A stretch of DNA of 64,000 nucleotides from contig CBDCXV010000010.1 in the NCBI GenBank assembly GCA_965223905.1, positions 480,001-544,000 of the forward strand, in the 5' to 3' direction. Below are positions 39,555-48,105 of the stretch, in pieces. The stretch is from Candidatus Latescibacterota bacterium (GTDB taxonomy: Bacteria; Latescibacterota; UBA2968; UBA8231). The notes beneath the pieces were generated by a model. That model was not told the DNA's origin. It saw nothing but the letters and a program-made list of their open reading frames with translations, and did no database searches. Each line of letters opens with the position of its first letter. The stretch's first letter is position 1. The translations under genes and the position numbers were made by a program.

Positions 39555-41506
39555 GGCAGGCTGCCTCCTGCAAGCACTTCCTCTGCGGGCCGCGGTTGGT
39601 ACGGCAGTCCGGTGATCGCCGCCGCGTCCGGGGTCAGGGCGACGAGGTCGCCGCGGCCGAGGTCGCGGGTGTCGGCGTATCCGAGGGCGCTGGTGAGGGA
39701 AGCGATCTGCCAGCGCACGAACTCGAGGAAGCGGTGGATGTTGAGGGCCTCGACGTCAACCTGGTAGCGCTCCTCGTGCTCGGGGTCCTGGGTGGCGATG
39801 CCGGTGACGCACTGGCCGACGTGGCACTGCATGCAGGCGATGCAGCCCCCGGCGATCAGGACCGAGGTGCCGAACGCCGCGGCGTCCGCTCCCAGGCAGA
39901 GCGCCTTGACGGCGTCGACGCCGTCGCGCAGGCCGCCCATGAGCACGATCTGTATGTCCTGGCGGCGGTCGATCTCCGCCAGCGCCTCCTCGGCCTCGAC
40001 GATGGCGGACAGGGTCGGGATGCCGACGTGGTCGATGACCTCGCCGCTGCCGGCGCCGGTGGCCCCCTGCATGCCGTCGAGCTCGACGAAGTCGAAGCCG
40101 TCCTTGACGGCGATCTTGATGTCGTCGCGCACCCTGCCCGCCCCGAGCTTGACGCTCACCGGCAGGCGGTAGCCGGTGGCCTCGCGGAACTCCTCGATCT
40201 TGATGACGAGGTCGTCGGCCCCGAGGATGTCGGGGTGGCGGGACGGCGAGCGCAGGTCGATGCCGGCGGGGATGCCCCGGATCGCGGCCAGCTCCGGGGT
40301 CACCTTCTTGGCCATGAGCTGGCCGCCGAGCCCGGGCTTGGCCCCCTGCGAGATGTAGATCTCCAGGCCGTCGGCCCGCTTCATGTCGTGGATGTTCCAG
40401 CCGAGGCGCCCGCCGAGGCACTGGAAGATCAGCTGCTTGGCCGAGTCCCGCTGGGCGTCGCTCATCCCCCCTTCGCCGGTGTTCTCGGCGATGTCCGACA
40501 TCCCCGAGGCGATGGCGACGGCCTGCTTGGTCGAGCGGCTGAGGGCGCCGTAGCTCATCGGCGCGACCATCACCGGCATGCTCAGCTCGAGGGGCTCGGC
40601 GCCGTTGATCCCGCCGATCTCGGTGCGCATGCGCACCTTGGAGACGGCGCCGGGATCGCCGCCGGCCTGCGACAGGTCGGCGCGGAAGCCCAGGTCGGCC
40701 AGGTGCGGCAGGGGCCGCGCCGCGCCGTACCCGCGAATGCGGTAGCGCCCGATCTGCGCCTTGACGTCGATGTCCTCCTGGACCTTCTCGTTCCAGTACT
40801 GCGAGTCGCCGGAGTAGGTGAAGAAGGGCAGGCTGCGCACCGTCGGCTCCGCGGTCCCGTAGCGCAGCTTGCCGCCGGCGTTGACGATCTTGCTGAAGCC
40901 GCCGCGGAAGGGGATTTCGTAGCGGTCGAGGAACTCGCGGACCTCGTCGATCTCGGCGCTGCCGGCGTCGGTCAGGGCGGCGTCGCTGCCGAGATCCCGC
41001 ACCCTGCCGCCGACGAAGATCTCGCCCCCGGTCATGTCCTCGCCGACGCGCTCGCCGGAGTCGCCGAGGATTATGATGCGGCCCCCGTACATCATGTACC
41101 CTGCCATGAAGTTGGCGTTGCCGGCGCAGCACAGGGTGCCGGCCTTCATCACCTGGCCGGCGCGCGAGCCGACGTTGCCGTGCACCACCAGCTCGGCGCC
41201 GCGAATGGCGACCCCGGCTATGGCCCCGGCGTTTCCCCTGACCACCACCGAGCCGCTGTACATGTTGTCCCCCAGGCCCCAGCCGGCGTTGTTGTCGACC
41301 TCGAAACAGGCGCGGTCGGTGAGGCCGGCGCAGAAGTACCCCGCGGAGCCGCGCACGCGCACCCGGATCGGCGCGGTCAGCCCGACGCCGATGTGGTGGC
41401 GGGCGTCCGGGTTGAGGACCTCGACGTCCTCTCCCGCCTCGCCGTGCTCGCGGATCAGCTCGTTGGCGCGGCGGACAGGGATCTCGGCGAGATCTACCTG
41501 GACCAT
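39551..41506 (-). CDS. GXGXG domain + FMN-binding glutamate synthase domain fusion (MgsB-MgsC / GlxC-GlxD-like)
   Basis: N-terminal GXGXG repeats (GSAGYFCAG, GNAG, GNVG); MSYGALS, NTGEGG, SQGAKPGLGG, SPSRHPD and CIACMQCHVGQCVTGIATQ. Confidence 0.85.
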   Translation of the reverse strand: MVQVDLAEIPVRRANELIREHGEAGEDVEVLNPDARHHIGVGLTAPIRVRVRGSAGYFCAGLTDRACFEVDNNAGWGLGDNMYSGSVVVRGNAGAIAGVAIRGAELVVHGNVGSRAGQVMKAGTLCCAGNANFMAGYMMYGGRIIILGDSGERVGEDMTGGEIFVGGRVRDLGSDAALTDAGSAEIDEVREFLDRYEIPFRGGFSKIVNAGGKLRYGTAEPTVRSLPFFTYSGDSQYWNEKVQEDIDVKAQIGRYRIRGYGAARPLPHLADLGFRADLSQAGGDPGAVSKVRMRTEIGGINGAEPLELSMPVMVAPMSYGALSRSTKQAVAIASGMSDIAENTGEGGMSDAQRDSAKQLIFQCLGGRLGWNIHDMKRADGLEIYISQGAKPGLGGQLMAKKVTPELAAIRGIPAGIDLRSPSRHPDILGADDLVIKIEEFREATGYRLPVSVKLGAGRVRDDIKIAVKDGFDFVELDGMQGATGAGSGEVIDHVGIPTLSAIVEAEEALAEIDRRQDIQIVLMGGLRDGVDAVKALCLGADAAAFGTSVLIAGGCIACMQCHVGQCVTGIATQDPEHEERYQVDVEALNIHRFLEFVRWQIASLTSALGYADTRDLGRGDLVALTPDAAAITGLPYQPRPAEEVLAGGSLP

Positions 41507-42393
41507 GTGTCGAAATCTCCCGGCGGGGGCTCGCGCGTGTCGAGGGCCTGCCCGGGGAACAGGCGGTTGAGCGACACCTCCTCGGAGGCGACGGCGATGA
41601 GGTCGTCGTTCTCGTACAGGATCATCGGCTTGGCGGCGAGCCGGTCCTTGGCGTAGCCGATCTCGTCCCGGGTCGACACCAGGAAGGAGAAGGTGCCGTC
41701 GAGGTCGTCGATCGAGTCGGCGAGGGCCTGCTTGAGGGCGATCCCCTGCGACAGCTTGTCGGCGAGGTACACGGCGATCAGCTCGCTGTCGTTGTCGGTG
41801 GTGAACTCGAAGCCGCGGCGCTCGAGGCGGCGGCGCATCTTCCAGTAGTTGGTGATCTGGCCGTTGTGGACGATGGCGACGTCGGCGAACCCGGTGGCCC
41901 AGAACGGGTGCGACGCCTCCGGTTTGACGTCGGACTCGGTGGCGAGGCGGACGTGGCCGAGACCGTGGCTGCCGGTGAAGCTGTCGACGCCGTAGCGCTC
42001 GTCGACGTCGTGCGCCCCGCCGACGTCCTTGATGATCTCGAGGCTGGAGCCGATGGAGACCACCTTGGCGGCATGCTCGACGGCGTAGGAGAACTTCTGC
42101 ACGTCGCCGTCGAACTCGACGGTCACCCTGTAGTTGATTCCCGTCCTCTCTTCGTCCACGATGGCGGCCCCCTGCCCGGCGACCGCCTCCCCGATGCGGG
42201 CGATCGCCGCTTCCGCCTCCTCACCCTCGCCGACGAAGAAGCGCAGCCGCAGCCGCCCCTCCTCCTCCCGGGTGTAGAGGGCGAACCCGGTGGAGTCGGG
42301 ACCGCGGTGCTGGCAGCCGTCGAGCATGTCGATCAGGGCCCGCCCCGTGCCCAGCAGCCTCCCTTTGTACATGATTCCGGCGATTCCACACAT
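41494..42393 (-). CDS. Class II glutamine amidotransferase (MgsA/GlxB-like)
   Basis: MCGIAG N-terminal nucleophile, HRGPDSTG, GHVRLAT, HPF, HNGQITN and NDSE. Confidence 0.9.
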   Translation of the reverse strand: MCGIAGIMYKGRLLGTGRALIDMLDGCQHRGPDSTGFALYTREEEGRLRLRFFVGEGEEAEAAIARIGEAVAGQGAAIVDEERTGINYRVTVEFDGDVQKFSYAVEHAAKVVSIGSSLEIIKDVGGAHDVDERYGVDSFTGSHGLGHVRLATESDVKPEASHPFWATGFADVAIVHNGQITNYWKMRRRLERRGFEFTTDNDSELIAVYLADKLSQGIALKQALADSIDDLDGTFSFLVSTRDEIGYAKDRLAAKPMILYENDDLIAVASEEVSLNRLFPGQALDTREPPPGDFDTWSR

Positions 42394-42426
42394 GCGCTTT
42401 TTCTCCTTTGCTGCCGGCCTAGGCGC

Positions 42427-43089
42427 TCAACCCCCGGTACCGGCCCGCGGCTCGATGATGACGGACAGAAAGCGGATCGGCAGCTCGACCAGCTCTTCGG
42501 GACCGTGCGGGGCGTCGGCGTCGAAGAAGAGGGAGTCCCCGGCGCCCATGCGGTAGGTGCGGTTGCCGTGGCGGTAGGTGACCCGCCCCTCGAGCATGTG
42601 GATGAACTCCACGCCGCGATGCTGAAAGAGCGGAAACACGTCGGATTCCTCGGTCAGCGAGATCAGGTACGGCTCGACGAGCAGCTGCCTGTTCACCGTG
42701 TGCCCGAGGAGCTGGTACTGGTGCCCGGCGCGGGTGCCGCGGCGTTCGATGGTCAGCCCCTCCCCCTTGCGCACGAACGACACCTCGCGCTCCTCCTCGT
42801 ATTTGCGGAAGAAGGCGGTTACCGGGACATTGAGCGCCCGCGACAGGGACTTGAGGGTGGCCAGCGACGGCGAGGCGAGACCGTTCTCGATCTTGGACAG
42901 CATGCCCGGGGACAGCCCGGCCTGGTTGGCGAGCTCGGCCGCGGTCATGTGGAGCTGGACGCGGAAGTCGCGAATCTGGCGCCCGATGGCGGCCTCCAGC
43001 TCGTTGGCGGGAGCGGATTGCCTGGCGGGATCGCCGTTGCCGTCCGCCGGCTGCGGGAGCCGGTCTTTCTCTATTCTGGCGGTGGTCAT
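42427..43089 (-). CDS. XRE-family HTH + cupin transcriptional regulator
   Basis: LANQAGLSPGMLSKIENGLASPSL; FQHRGVEF...GDSLFFDADAPHGP. Confidence 0.92.
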   Translation of the reverse strand: MTTARIEKDRLPQPADGNGDPARQSAPANELEAAIGRQIRDFRVQLHMTAAELANQAGLSPGMLSKIENGLASPSLATLKSLSRALNVPVTAFFRKYEEEREVSFVRKGEGLTIERRGTRAGHQYQLLGHTVNRQLLVEPYLISLTEESDVFPLFQHRGVEFIHMLEGRVTYRHGNRTYRMGAGDSLFFDADAPHGPEELVELPIRFLSVIIEPRAGTGG

Positions 43090-43126
43090 ACCGGGAAGAT
43101 ACTCCGCCGGTTGTCTCCTGACAACA

Positions 43127-43178
43127 AAATTGAACCACAGGAAACACCGCCCTTGATCGGCATTCAGGGGTTCAATTT
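43127..43178. promoter_or_regulatory. 10-bp perfect inverted repeat in the divergent promoter region
   Basis: aaattgaacc (43127-43136) and ggttcaattt (43169-43178) in an AT-rich intergenic region. Confidence 0.4.
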
Positions 43179-43231
43179 CAACGTGATTATTTGAACTTTT
43201 TTATTTACAAACACATACGGCGAAACCCGAC

Positions 43232-44236
43232 ATGAAACTCGGCATCAATACCCTGTTCATTCTCAAGTACGACTTCGGAGAGGCCCTCCGCTATGCGAAA
43301 AACCTCGGTGCCCGTTGCATCGAAGTCGGCTGTATGGGGGAGGCGACAAGGAAGCACTGCGACGCCGGGAAGCTCGTTGCCGATCGCGGCGAGCTGCGCC
43401 GCTGGCTCGACACCATCTCCGGGCATGGGCTCGAAATCAGCGCCCTGGCCGCCCATGGCGACATGCTCTCACCGGACCGGGACGCGGCTGCCGAATGGGC
43501 GCGGGGATTCCGCACCGCGTGCGAGCTGGCCGAGCTGGCCGGAGTCGAGCTGATCACGCTCAATTCCGGTTGCCCCGAAGGGGCCGAGGGCGACACCGCT
43601 CCCTGCTGGATCACCGACGTCTTCAACGCCGAATCCCGCAACATCCTGAAGTGGCAGTGGGAGGAGCGGGTGATCCCGTTCTGGCGCGAGCAGGCGAAGA
43701 TCGCCTCCGACCACGGCTGCCGGCTCTGCATCGAGCCCTGGATCGGCGACGTCGTGCACACCCCCGCCACGTTGATGAAGCTGCGCGATGCCGTCGGCGA
43801 GGCGATCGGCTGCAACTTCGATCCGTCCCATCTGTTCGTGCAGCACGTCGACGTGCTCGAATCGATCCGCTACCTCGGCGGCGTCATCCGGCACATCCAC
43901 ATGAAGGACACCCGCATCGACCCGCACAACCTGCGCCTGCAGGGGCTGCTCGACACGACCGTCCCCCCGACCGATCCGAAAAACCGCGTGTGGACGTTCA
44001 CGTGCGTCGGCTGGGGGCACGACGAGAGCTTCTGGCGCGACTTCATCACCAACCTGCGGTTCGTCGGTTACACAGGCGCGCTGTCGGTGGAGATGGAGTC
44101 CGACTACATGGACATCGACGACGGCATGGAGAAGCAGTTCGACCTGCTGCGCCGTCTGGTGCTGGCTCCACCGCCGGCTCCCGGAGAGCGCTGGTGGGAG
44201 GTGGCGGGGCTGCACGGCATCGGGCGGGACGAATGA
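43232..44236 (+). CDS. Sugar phosphate isomerase/epimerase (xylose isomerase-like TIM barrel)
   Basis: CIEP, NFDPSH, HIHMKD, VGWGH and LSVEME. Confidence 0.9.
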   Translation: MKLGINTLFILKYDFGEALRYAKNLGARCIEVGCMGEATRKHCDAGKLVADRGELRRWLDTISGHGLEISALAAHGDMLSPDRDAAAEWARGFRTACELAELAGVELITLNSGCPEGAEGDTAPCWITDVFNAESRNILKWQWEERVIPFWREQAKIASDHGCRLCIEPWIGDVVHTPATLMKLRDAVGEAIGCNFDPSHLFVQHVDVLESIRYLGGVIRHIHMKDTRIDPHNLRLQGLLDTTVPPTDPKNRVWTFTCVGWGHDESFWRDFITNLRFVGYTGALSVEMESDYMDIDDGMEKQFDLLRRLVLAPPPAPGERWWEVAGLHGIGRDE

Positions 44237-44270
44237 TCGCAGGGCCCCCAACCGAAACGGAGCTCGAGCG

Positions 44271-45597
44271 ATGAGAAAGCTGACCCCTGCCGGTGCACCC
44301 CCTTCGACGCATTGGTACGAAACCGCCGGCCTCGGGATGTTCATCCACTGGGGCCTCTCCAGCGTCCGCGCCGTAGGCGACCTCTCCTGGTCGATGGTGA
44401 GGGACACCCCCTACGACGCCGAGCTCGACAACCGCAACAAGCTGACCCCCGAGGAGTACTGGAAGCAGGCGGACGAGTTCGACCCCCGGAGCTACGACCC
44501 GGATCTCTGGATGCGGGCGGCGAGGGAGGCCGGCTTCCGCTACGCCGTCCTGACCACCCGCCATCACGACGGCTACGCCCTGTGGCCGAGCGACTTCGGC
44601 GACTTCGGCACGAGGACGCACATGGTGGGCCGCGACCTGGTGCGGCCGTTCGTCGATGCCTGCCGCGACAACGGCATCAAGGTCGGCTTCTACTACTCCC
44701 CCGGGGACTGGTACCGCGAGCGCCACCGCCGCTCGTTCGGCTATTTCCAGACCCTCGGCCTGCGCCACGAGCCGATCGAGCTCCAGGAGTGGGACCCGGA
44801 CTCCGGGATGCCGCAGCAGGAGTGGGTCACCAACGAAAAGAGGAAGCACGAGGAGGAGGAGGCGCCCTACGTCATCGGCCAGATGGAGGAGCTGCTGACC
44901 CGCTACGGCGATCTCGACGTCTTCTGGTACGACGCGGCGGCTCGGCGATGACCAACGAGCGCGTCCGCGAGCTGCAGCCGAACGTCATGATCAACGACCG
45001 CGGCCACGGCGAGCGGGCAGCGGCGACTTCAGCACCTTCGAGTGCCGCTACGAAAAGCTCGAGCCGCGGCGGCCGCAGCGGCCGTTCGAGTTCTGCACCA
45101 CCACCATCGACCAGTACGACCACTGCGTCACCCGCCACCTCGGAGCCCCGAGCTGGGGTCACGTCGAGGGGGCCCGCTACCGCGACCTCTCCCTGGTGCT
45201 CGAGGAGCTGGCCCTGGTCGCCGCCTGGGGGGGCAACTACCTGCTCAACTTCGGCCCCACCTCGAGCGGCGAGCTGCCGCCGCAGGCGTACGGGCTGCTT
45301 TCGGAGCTCGGCGCCTGGATGAAGCACAGCGGCGCCGCAGTGCAGGACTGCTACGGCGGGGACTGGCCCGGCGACTGCAGCGTCCCCTCCAGCGGGCGCG
45401 AGGGCGTCACCTACCTGTTCTTCCTGCGCGATTTCAAGGGAAAGGCGGAGGTCCGCAACTGTGCGCAGCCGCGCCGGGTGCGGCTGCTGCGCACCGGTCA
45501 GGAGCTGGACGCGGAGTTCGCTGCCGGAACCCTGTCGGTATCGGTGCCGGGAAGTGCCCGAAGCGAGCTGCCCGACGTCGTCGAAGTCACCTGGTGA
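44271..45597 (+). CDS. Alpha-L-fucosidase (GH29), two frameshifts
   Basis: GMFIHWG, TTRHHDGYALW, GFYYS and FWYD; continues RELQPNVMINDR (shift ~44935), then GDFSTFE...WG...GGNYLLNFGP (shift ~45013). Confidence 0.85.
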
Positions 45598-45623
45598 CAT
45601 GGGGCTGAGATCGCCGGCGGGGT

Positions 45624-46121
45624 TTGCAAGGTCGGCGACCCCTGTTGGCGTCGCGGGCCGCCAGGGATCGCAACGTCCGCGTCATCCTCGACCCGGCCCC
45701 GGCTGCCGGCATCCCCGCGGAAGCTTTCGCGGCGTTCGATATCATCGCGCCGAACCAGACGGAAGCGGAGTATTTTGTCGGCGTCGCCGTCGACGACGAG
45801 GGGACAGCCGCTCGAGCCGCCGGCCTGCTTCTCGAACGGGGGGCACCTGCCGCGGTGATCAAGATGGCGGAGCTGGGAGCTTACTACAGAAGCGGCGATG
45901 AGGAAGGAGTTCTCCCTCCCTTTGCCGTTGAAGCGGTCGACACCACCTCGGCGGGAGACGCCTTCCACGGCGCCCTCGCCGTCGCCCTGGCCGAGGGCAG
46001 GAACCTGCGCGGCGCCGTCCCCTTCGCCGCCGCGGCCGGGGCCCTGGCGGTCACCCGGCCCGGGGTGCAGGACTCGATGCCGCTGCGAGCCGAGGTCGAG
46101 GAGTTGCTGGCCCGGGGGTAG
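45624..46121 (+). pseudogene. Ribokinase (PfkB family) C-terminal half
   Basis: ILDPAPA, PNQTEA and VDTTSAGDAF; the N-terminal substrate-binding half is absent. Confidence 0.75.
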
Positions 46122-46339
46122 TCTCCGTTCTCCCGGCCGCCCTCACCGCAGGCCCGGTGCCGGGATGGGGGTACTCCCCCTGACCTCGGGCGGCGACGCT
46201 CCTCCCGCCATCAGCTCGCGCAGGGTGTTCGACTAGAATCCGGAAAAACTGGCGCATTACGACCGGGTCCGGTCCCCCGGGTCACCGCTGGCGCCGGAGA
46301 CCGTCGGCCGGCCGGCCGGCTTCGGCCTCCCCCAGGACC

Positions 46340-46643
46340 CATTGGCGGAACACCCGCACCTCGGGACGCTGCCGGCCCGGCGCGGTGATGATCAGGCAGC
46401 AGCTGCTCCTCGCAGAGCGTTTCCCCCCACAAGGATGTCCTCACTCCGCGTCACCGGACGCGGGGCCGCGGTCTCGCCGGTGCAGGCGAACCAGGCGTCG
46501 AAGTCGCGGCGGTCCGGATCGACGCCCCGGTGGTTTGTATCGACCTCGATGGCGATGCCGGGGTGGGCGGCGCCGGCGAAGCTCTGGTGGCGGGCGGCGG
46601 CCTCGAAGTAGCGCAGGCTTTCGAGCGGCGGCAGGAGCAGCAC
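46340..46643 (-). pseudogene. GcvA-like LysR regulator remnant with internal deletion
   Basis: LPPLESLRYFEAAARHQSFAGAA fused directly to HPGIAIEV (substrate-binding domain); ggagg RBS before GTG 46643. Confidence 0.75.
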
Positions 46644-46960
46644 GGCGGCAAAACCTCCGGAAGGGTTGCGGACAAAGGGCGGCTCAGGTGAAGCGCACAT
46701 TTTGGCGAGGGCGGCAAGCCGGTCACGGGCGGGAAAAACCTCGGCAGGACGCAAATCCTCCCGGCCGGCGCAACATCTATGGACAAGTATAATTAGGCCA
46801 TAGGCATATATACACCATGCCAAATCAAGGGCAAACTAAACTATGTCATAGGCATATAAATTATAGTCCAAACAAAGATTCCCTCTTTAGGGATCGGGTA
46901 TATACCTTTGCTGATCTGAAATGGTTTTATCAGCAACCCGCGAAGGAATCACAAATCACC

Positions 46961-47311
46961 ATGGATAAACATCGAAGGATCATTTCTCAGCTTGCTCAAA
47001 AACTTTCCCATCCTGCCAGGCTGACAATCGGCGCTCTGGTCGCACTGGTATCCGGCGCCGGTGCGGAACAGCTGCTCGAAGGGCGGGTGCGGCTGCCCTC
47101 CGGCGAACTGGCCGCCGGGGTCCAGGTGAGGCTGTTTGCCAGCGCCGACCTGGGGCGTTCGCTTCACGCGACCACCGATGAAAGCGGCTATTTCGCGCTG
47201 CCGCTGACGGCCCTCCACCAAGCCGGAGCCCTTCCGGCGCGGATGCACCTGGGTCAGAACTACCCCAATCCGTTCAATCCCTCGACGATCATCCCGTACC
47301 AGCTGCCGGAA
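46961..47311 (+). pseudogene. 5' fragment of a secreted protein with an NPFN (FlgD-Ig/T9SS-A-like) domain, interrupted by IS fragments
   Basis: Signal-like segment, LEGRVRL...TTDESGYF, then LGQNYPNPFNPSTIIPYQLP, which is cut off. Confidence 0.7.
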
Positions 47312-47495
47312 ATCGGAGTGGACGTGGGCGACGGTAAAGGCGGATTGAGGACTGCCGACGGCGTACCTGGCCTGAGTCATCGCTTCGAACAGCACCATCC
47401 AGTAGTGACCGGTGGCTTCCATGCCGACACGGATGGCATCGGCTGCGGCGGTGTCGGCTAACTTGGCCAGCAACTGCTCGAAGCCCTGCCGCTCC
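47312..47495 (-). mobile_element. IS110-family transposase fragment
   Basis: GFEQLL...VGMEATGHYW (DEDD domain) and a frameshifted AVLNP. Confidence 0.75.
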
Positions 47496-47499
47496 GAAT

Positions 47500-47610
47500 C
47501 GAGGAGGCGCAGGCCCCGAGGCCAGGGCCGGTCGGGCCACGTAGCGGCATAAGCGTTCGAGTCCCCGCCGGTCAGGGCCCGCGATCCGCCTAGCCGCACG
47601 CAGCGAAACC
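47500..47610 (-). mobile_element. IS91/ISCR-like (Y2) transposase fragment
   Basis: SLRAARRIAGPDRRGLERLCRYVARPALASG resembles the FSLHA...LERLCRY.xRP motif. Confidence 0.65.
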
Positions 47611-47611
47611 T

Positions 47612-47658
47612 TCGTCGTCTTGTTGGCCGCGGTTCTGGGTGTGCCGGACAGCCGCGCC
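47612..47658 (+). repeat. Stray copy of the signal-peptide coding segment of the WD40 gene
   Basis: 43/47 nt identical to 48131-48177. Confidence 0.8.
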
Positions 47659-47817
47659 CACAGGATCCTGAAAGCAGAAGCTGTTGCTGGCGCGGGGGAT
47701 CGCAAAAACAAAAAAAAACCGGCTCAGAGGAAACGGACATTCCCTGTCCTCTTGGGGCGTATCTTTGAAGATGGAACTCTACCCGTAAGCAAATCCTATG
47801 AGGGATCAGGGAAAGCC

Positions 47818-47970
47818 ATGAAAGCTTTCGTTCTCGCCGCCGTTTTTTTCGGGGTTGTCAGCGTCCTTCTTTGGCCACCACCGGCAGCCAACGCTTCCCC
47901 GCCGCCGGCCGACAGCGTGCATTTCTGCGCTTTCGATTACGAGCAGTGGCGGCGCGAGCACCCCACACCG
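47818..47970 (+). pseudogene. N-terminal fragment of another secreted protein
   Basis: Signal peptide MKAFVLAAVFFGVVSVLLWPPPAANA then SPPPADSVHFCAFDYEQWRREHP, followed by unrelated sequence. Confidence 0.5.
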
Positions 47971-48105
47971 ATGCTCCACGCGAGCCGCTGTGCATCGCGT
48001 GGATGGGCATCCCAACAGCCACTATTTCGTTGTTCGGCGTGATTGTCCCGGAGTTCGGGGAGCCGGTTTTTGCCGAGTACTTGGTATCCAAAGGAGAATC
48101 TCAAA

